A stretch of 64,000 bases of DNA from Campylobacterota bacterium (GTDB taxonomy: Bacteria; Campylobacterota; Campylobacteria; Campylobacterales; Arcobacteraceae). Where the stretch lies: positions 853 through 64,852 of the forward strand of contig JAYEIM010000221.1 of NCBI GenBank assembly GCA_034660095.1, in the 5' to 3' direction. Position numbers and translations under genes: made by a program. The notes beneath the pieces were generated by a model. It worked only from the letters and a program-made list of their open reading frames with translations. It ran no database searches and was not told the DNA's origin. Of this stretch, positions 61,292-64,000 are shown in pieces (position 1 is the stretch's first letter; every line of letters starts with the position of its first letter).

Positions 61292-61711
61292 TTATCCTTG
61301 TACTTGTGCTGTATGAGGGTGGTCTGCACCATCATAAATTTTTAAATTTTTAAGTATTTTAGCACCTAATTTAGTTTTTGGTAACATACCTCTAGCTGCT
61401 AGTTTAAATAATCTTTCAGGATTATTTTCTAACATATCTGCCATTTTATGTGTTTTTGTAGAACCAAAGTGTCCTGAGTGAGTGTAATAGTTTTTATCAG
61501 CTAATTTAGCACCAGTAAATTTAACTTTACCAGCATTTATAATAACTACATTATCTCCACAATCAATATTTGGTGTAAAATTAGGTTTATTTTTACCTCT
61601 TAATATTGTTGCAACTTCTGTCATTAGTCTACCGAAAATTCTATCAGTAGCATCAATTACAATCCAATCTTTTTTAACATCAACTTGATGTAAGCTTTTT
61701 GTAAATTTCAT
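61292..61711 (-). CDS. rplM: 50S ribosomal protein L13
   Basis: WIVIDA, LRGKNKP, DCGD, GMLPK, HPHTAQ. Confidence 0.98.
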   Translation of the reverse strand: MKFTKSLHQVDVKKDWIVIDATDRIFGRLMTEVATILRGKNKPNFTPNIDCGDNVVIINAGKVKFTGAKLADKNYYTHSGHFGSTKTHKMADMLENNPERLFKLAARGMLPKTKLGAKILKNLKIYDGADHPHTAQVQG

Positions 61712-61881
61712 TTGAAATCTCCTTTTCTCAAAAATAAGTTCGGAATAATAGGGAAGTTTTACTTATAAGAAGCTTAAATAAAGCTTGGTTTAATTAAGAG
61801 AAGCTGAATTTAAGCTTTTTAAAAGCATATGGTTTAAATACAAATAATTATACATTTAGACAACTTAATATATAATCCTAT

Positions 61882-63075
61882 ATGTTTAATAAAGAATTCT
61901 TAAAAACCCTAACAATTATGTATGTAGAAGATGATGAAACTATCCGTGTATCTTTGGCTGGAATTTTATCTAAAATATTTGGTGAAGTTATCATCTGTAA
62001 CGATGGAGCATCAGGACTTGAACAATTCAAAAACTATACATTTGATCAAAAAATTAAAATAGATGCAATAATAAGTGATATAAATATGCCAAATATGAAT
62101 GGTATAGAGATGGTACAAGCTATAAGAGAGTCTGATACTGAAGTACCTATTGTATTTACTACTGCTCATGGTGAAGCAAACTATCTTATGGATGCAATTA
62201 AATTACAAATTGCATACTATGCACTAAAACCAATTGATACCACAGAATTATTAGAAAATATTTCTAAATTTTGTATGATTGAACATAATAAAAAAGTGAT
62301 TGAAAACAAAACAAAAGAGATTACTCAATACATGGATATTATGCATCATATATCAACAATTTTTAATGTTGATTTAGATGGTAATATTTTTGAGTCAAAC
62401 ATGATGTTAAGTCAATTATCAGAATATTCACAAAAAGAACTTCTTTCAATGAAAATAGATGCAATTTTACATAACGATGCATTAGTGACAAGTTATGAGT
62501 CAATCGCTCAAATGGTTAAAGAGAATAGTTTATATAAAGGTAAATTAAAATTTTCTTCAAAAAGCGGTAACACATTTTATTTAAATACAACCGTTTTACC
62601 TATGTATAATGACTCAACAAATGAATTGCAAGGATACATTTATATAGGAATTGACCAAACAATTGATGAGCTTGAAAAGCAAAAAACAATGCAAAGAGTT
62701 AGACAAAATATTGTTACTCAAAGATCAAAAGAATCAGGATTAGTGTCACATATAAAAGAGCTTGAAAATGATATTGTTAAATTAAAAAATACAACATTAA
62801 GTAGTAGTGATACGCAACTTATTCTAGATAAACTCTCAAAAGAGAAACAAAAAGTTTCAGCATTAACTCTCCAAATTGAACATTATGAAGAAAAAATTTC
62901 ATCTTTAACTAAACAAAAAGATGAAATGATCTCTGGAGGGATAAATAAAATAAGAGATAAAAGTAAAAATAATAAAGATTCTATTCAAGAAAATAGAAAG
63001 TTACAAACTAAAATTATAGAACTTCAATCAAAAGTATCAAAACTAGAAGCAAAGCTAAGACCAAATACTTACTAA
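61882..63075 (+). CDS. Response regulator: REC + PAS + long coiled coil
   Basis: YVEDD, SDINMP, LKP; PAS-like middle domain; heptad-rich C-terminus. Confidence 0.85.
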   Translation: MFNKEFLKTLTIMYVEDDETIRVSLAGILSKIFGEVIICNDGASGLEQFKNYTFDQKIKIDAIISDINMPNMNGIEMVQAIRESDTEVPIVFTTAHGEANYLMDAIKLQIAYYALKPIDTTELLENISKFCMIEHNKKVIENKTKEITQYMDIMHHISTIFNVDLDGNIFESNMMLSQLSEYSQKELLSMKIDAILHNDALVTSYESIAQMVKENSLYKGKLKFSSKSGNTFYLNTTVLPMYNDSTNELQGYIYIGIDQTIDELEKQKTMQRVRQNIVTQRSKESGLVSHIKELENDIVKLKNTTLSSSDTQLILDKLSKEKQKVSALTLQIEHYEEKISSLTKQKDEMISGGINKIRDKSKNNKDSIQENRKLQTKIIELQSKVSKLEAKLRPNTY

Positions 63076-63087
63076 ATAGCTAATCTT

Positions 63088-64000
63088 ATGAAATATTATC
63101 AAAAAGAACTAGATATTATTAAAAAATCAAATAGATTTAGAGAGCGAAAAATCTATGATGAAAACTTAATAGATTTAGCTTCAAATGATTATCTAGGACT
63201 TGCCTCAAATAAAAAACTTTTAAAAAAAGCATATAATAAAGTTTTAAAAGAAAAATATACTTCACCAAAAGCTTCAATGCTTGTAAATGGCTACTCCAAA
63301 ATACATAAAAAATTTGAGCAAAAACTTTGTAAACTAAATAAATTTGAATCTGGAATTGTTATAGGTAGTGGTTTTTTAGCAAATGTTGCACTTATTGAAA
63401 GTTTAGTTAGAAAAAAAGATGTTTTATTTATAGATGAAGATTATCATGCAAGTGGAATATTAGCTACAAAATTAACGCAAGGATTAGTTGTAGTATTTAA
63501 ACATAATGATTTAGAAGATTTAGAGGATAAAATAGAAAAATACAAAAATACAAATAGAATAATTATAGCGATTGAGGGTGTATATTCTATGGGTGGAGAT
63601 ATCGCTCCAAAAGAGTTTAATACTATTGCAAATAAATATAATGCAATATTGCTTGTAGATGAAGCTCATAGCTCTGGAGTGATAGGAAAAAATCTTTTAG
63701 GTTGGTTTGATTATCATAATATTGAACCAAAGCCAAATCATATAAAGATGGGAACATTAGGAAAAGCATATGGCAGTTACGGAGCATATATACTATCATC
63801 TAAAAATATTATTACTTTTTTAGAAAATAGAGCAAAAGCTATTATATATACTACAGCCCCTTCTCTTTTTGATATAGCTTTAGGGCATGAAAATTTAAAG
63901 TACATTATTAAACATAAAAAAAAGATAAATAAAAAAATAAAATCTTATCAAGAGATAATAGATAAAAATTTAGGAATTGAAGTAAACTCTTTAATTGTTC
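63088..64000 (+). CDS. bioF: 8-amino-7-oxononanoate synthase (3' truncated by window edge; absent from ORF track)
   Basis: ASNDYLGL, SGFLAN, EGVYSMGGD, VDEAHSSG, GTLGKAYG, IYTTA. Confidence 0.93.
   Translation, partial: MKYYQKELDIIKKSNRFRERKIYDENLIDLASNDYLGLASNKKLLKKAYNKVLKEKYTSPKASMLVNGYSKIHKKFEQKLCKLNKFESGIVIGSGFLANVALIESLVRKKDVLFIDEDYHASGILATKLTQGLVVVFKHNDLEDLEDKIEKYKNTNRIIIAIEGVYSMGGDIAPKEFNTIANKYNAILLVDEAHSSGVIGKNLLGWFDYHNIEPKPNHIKMGTLGKAYGSYGAYILSSKNIITFLENRAKAIIYTTAPSLFDIALGHENLKYIIKHKKKINKKIKSYQEIIDKNLGIEVNSLIV

Noticed and set aside
61750-61830. Repeated TTAAG/AAGCTT words upstream of rplM, rpsT and nusA
   Set aside because: Consistent with the known periodic AT-rich upstream signal of Campylobacterota sigma70 promoters; not a discrete repeat array
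1-64000. CRISPR arrays, tRNA or rRNA genes
   Set aside because: No regularly spaced direct repeats, cloverleaf-like segments or long GC-rich RNA genes were seen; intergenic gaps are short

Overview
Low-GC (roughly 27% by eye) chromosomal segment of a Campylobacterota bacterium, most similar in gene style to Arcobacteraceae. It is mostly housekeeping: ilvE, hisIE, ribF, rlmH, dksA, dusB, atpE, murG, mnmG, rimO, miaB, tilS, ccoG, luxS, ftsI/ftsW, queH, rpsT, prfA, nusA, cysS, porCDAB, rplM-rpsI and bioF. Small accessory pieces are interspersed: a VapBC pair between two sensor kinases, a 247-bp MITE in a decayed response-regulator/HD-GYP gene, a radC + Septu-like (PtuAB) defence islet with a methyltransferase-gene stub, a Fic gene, and a CheW-less CheA-like kinase/CheX/CheY module. 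The most striking signals lie outside the ORF track. (1) An unannotated candidate type I toxin-antitoxin locus sits between murG and mnmG: a consensus sigma70 promoter, a ~180-nt rod-folding leader that masks the RBS of a 21-aa Ibs-like hydrophobic peptide, and a predicted antisense RNA. (2) There is a candidate anti-Shine-Dalgarno sRNA at ~12.6 kb. (3) The divergent ribF/rlmH genes apparently start at ATA and ATT codons around one palindromic promoter. (4) atpE has a structured leader. (5) Several genes appear to be leaderless. No CRISPR array, rRNA or tRNA was seen. All calls come from reading the sequence and recalled family motifs; no searches or folding programs were run.
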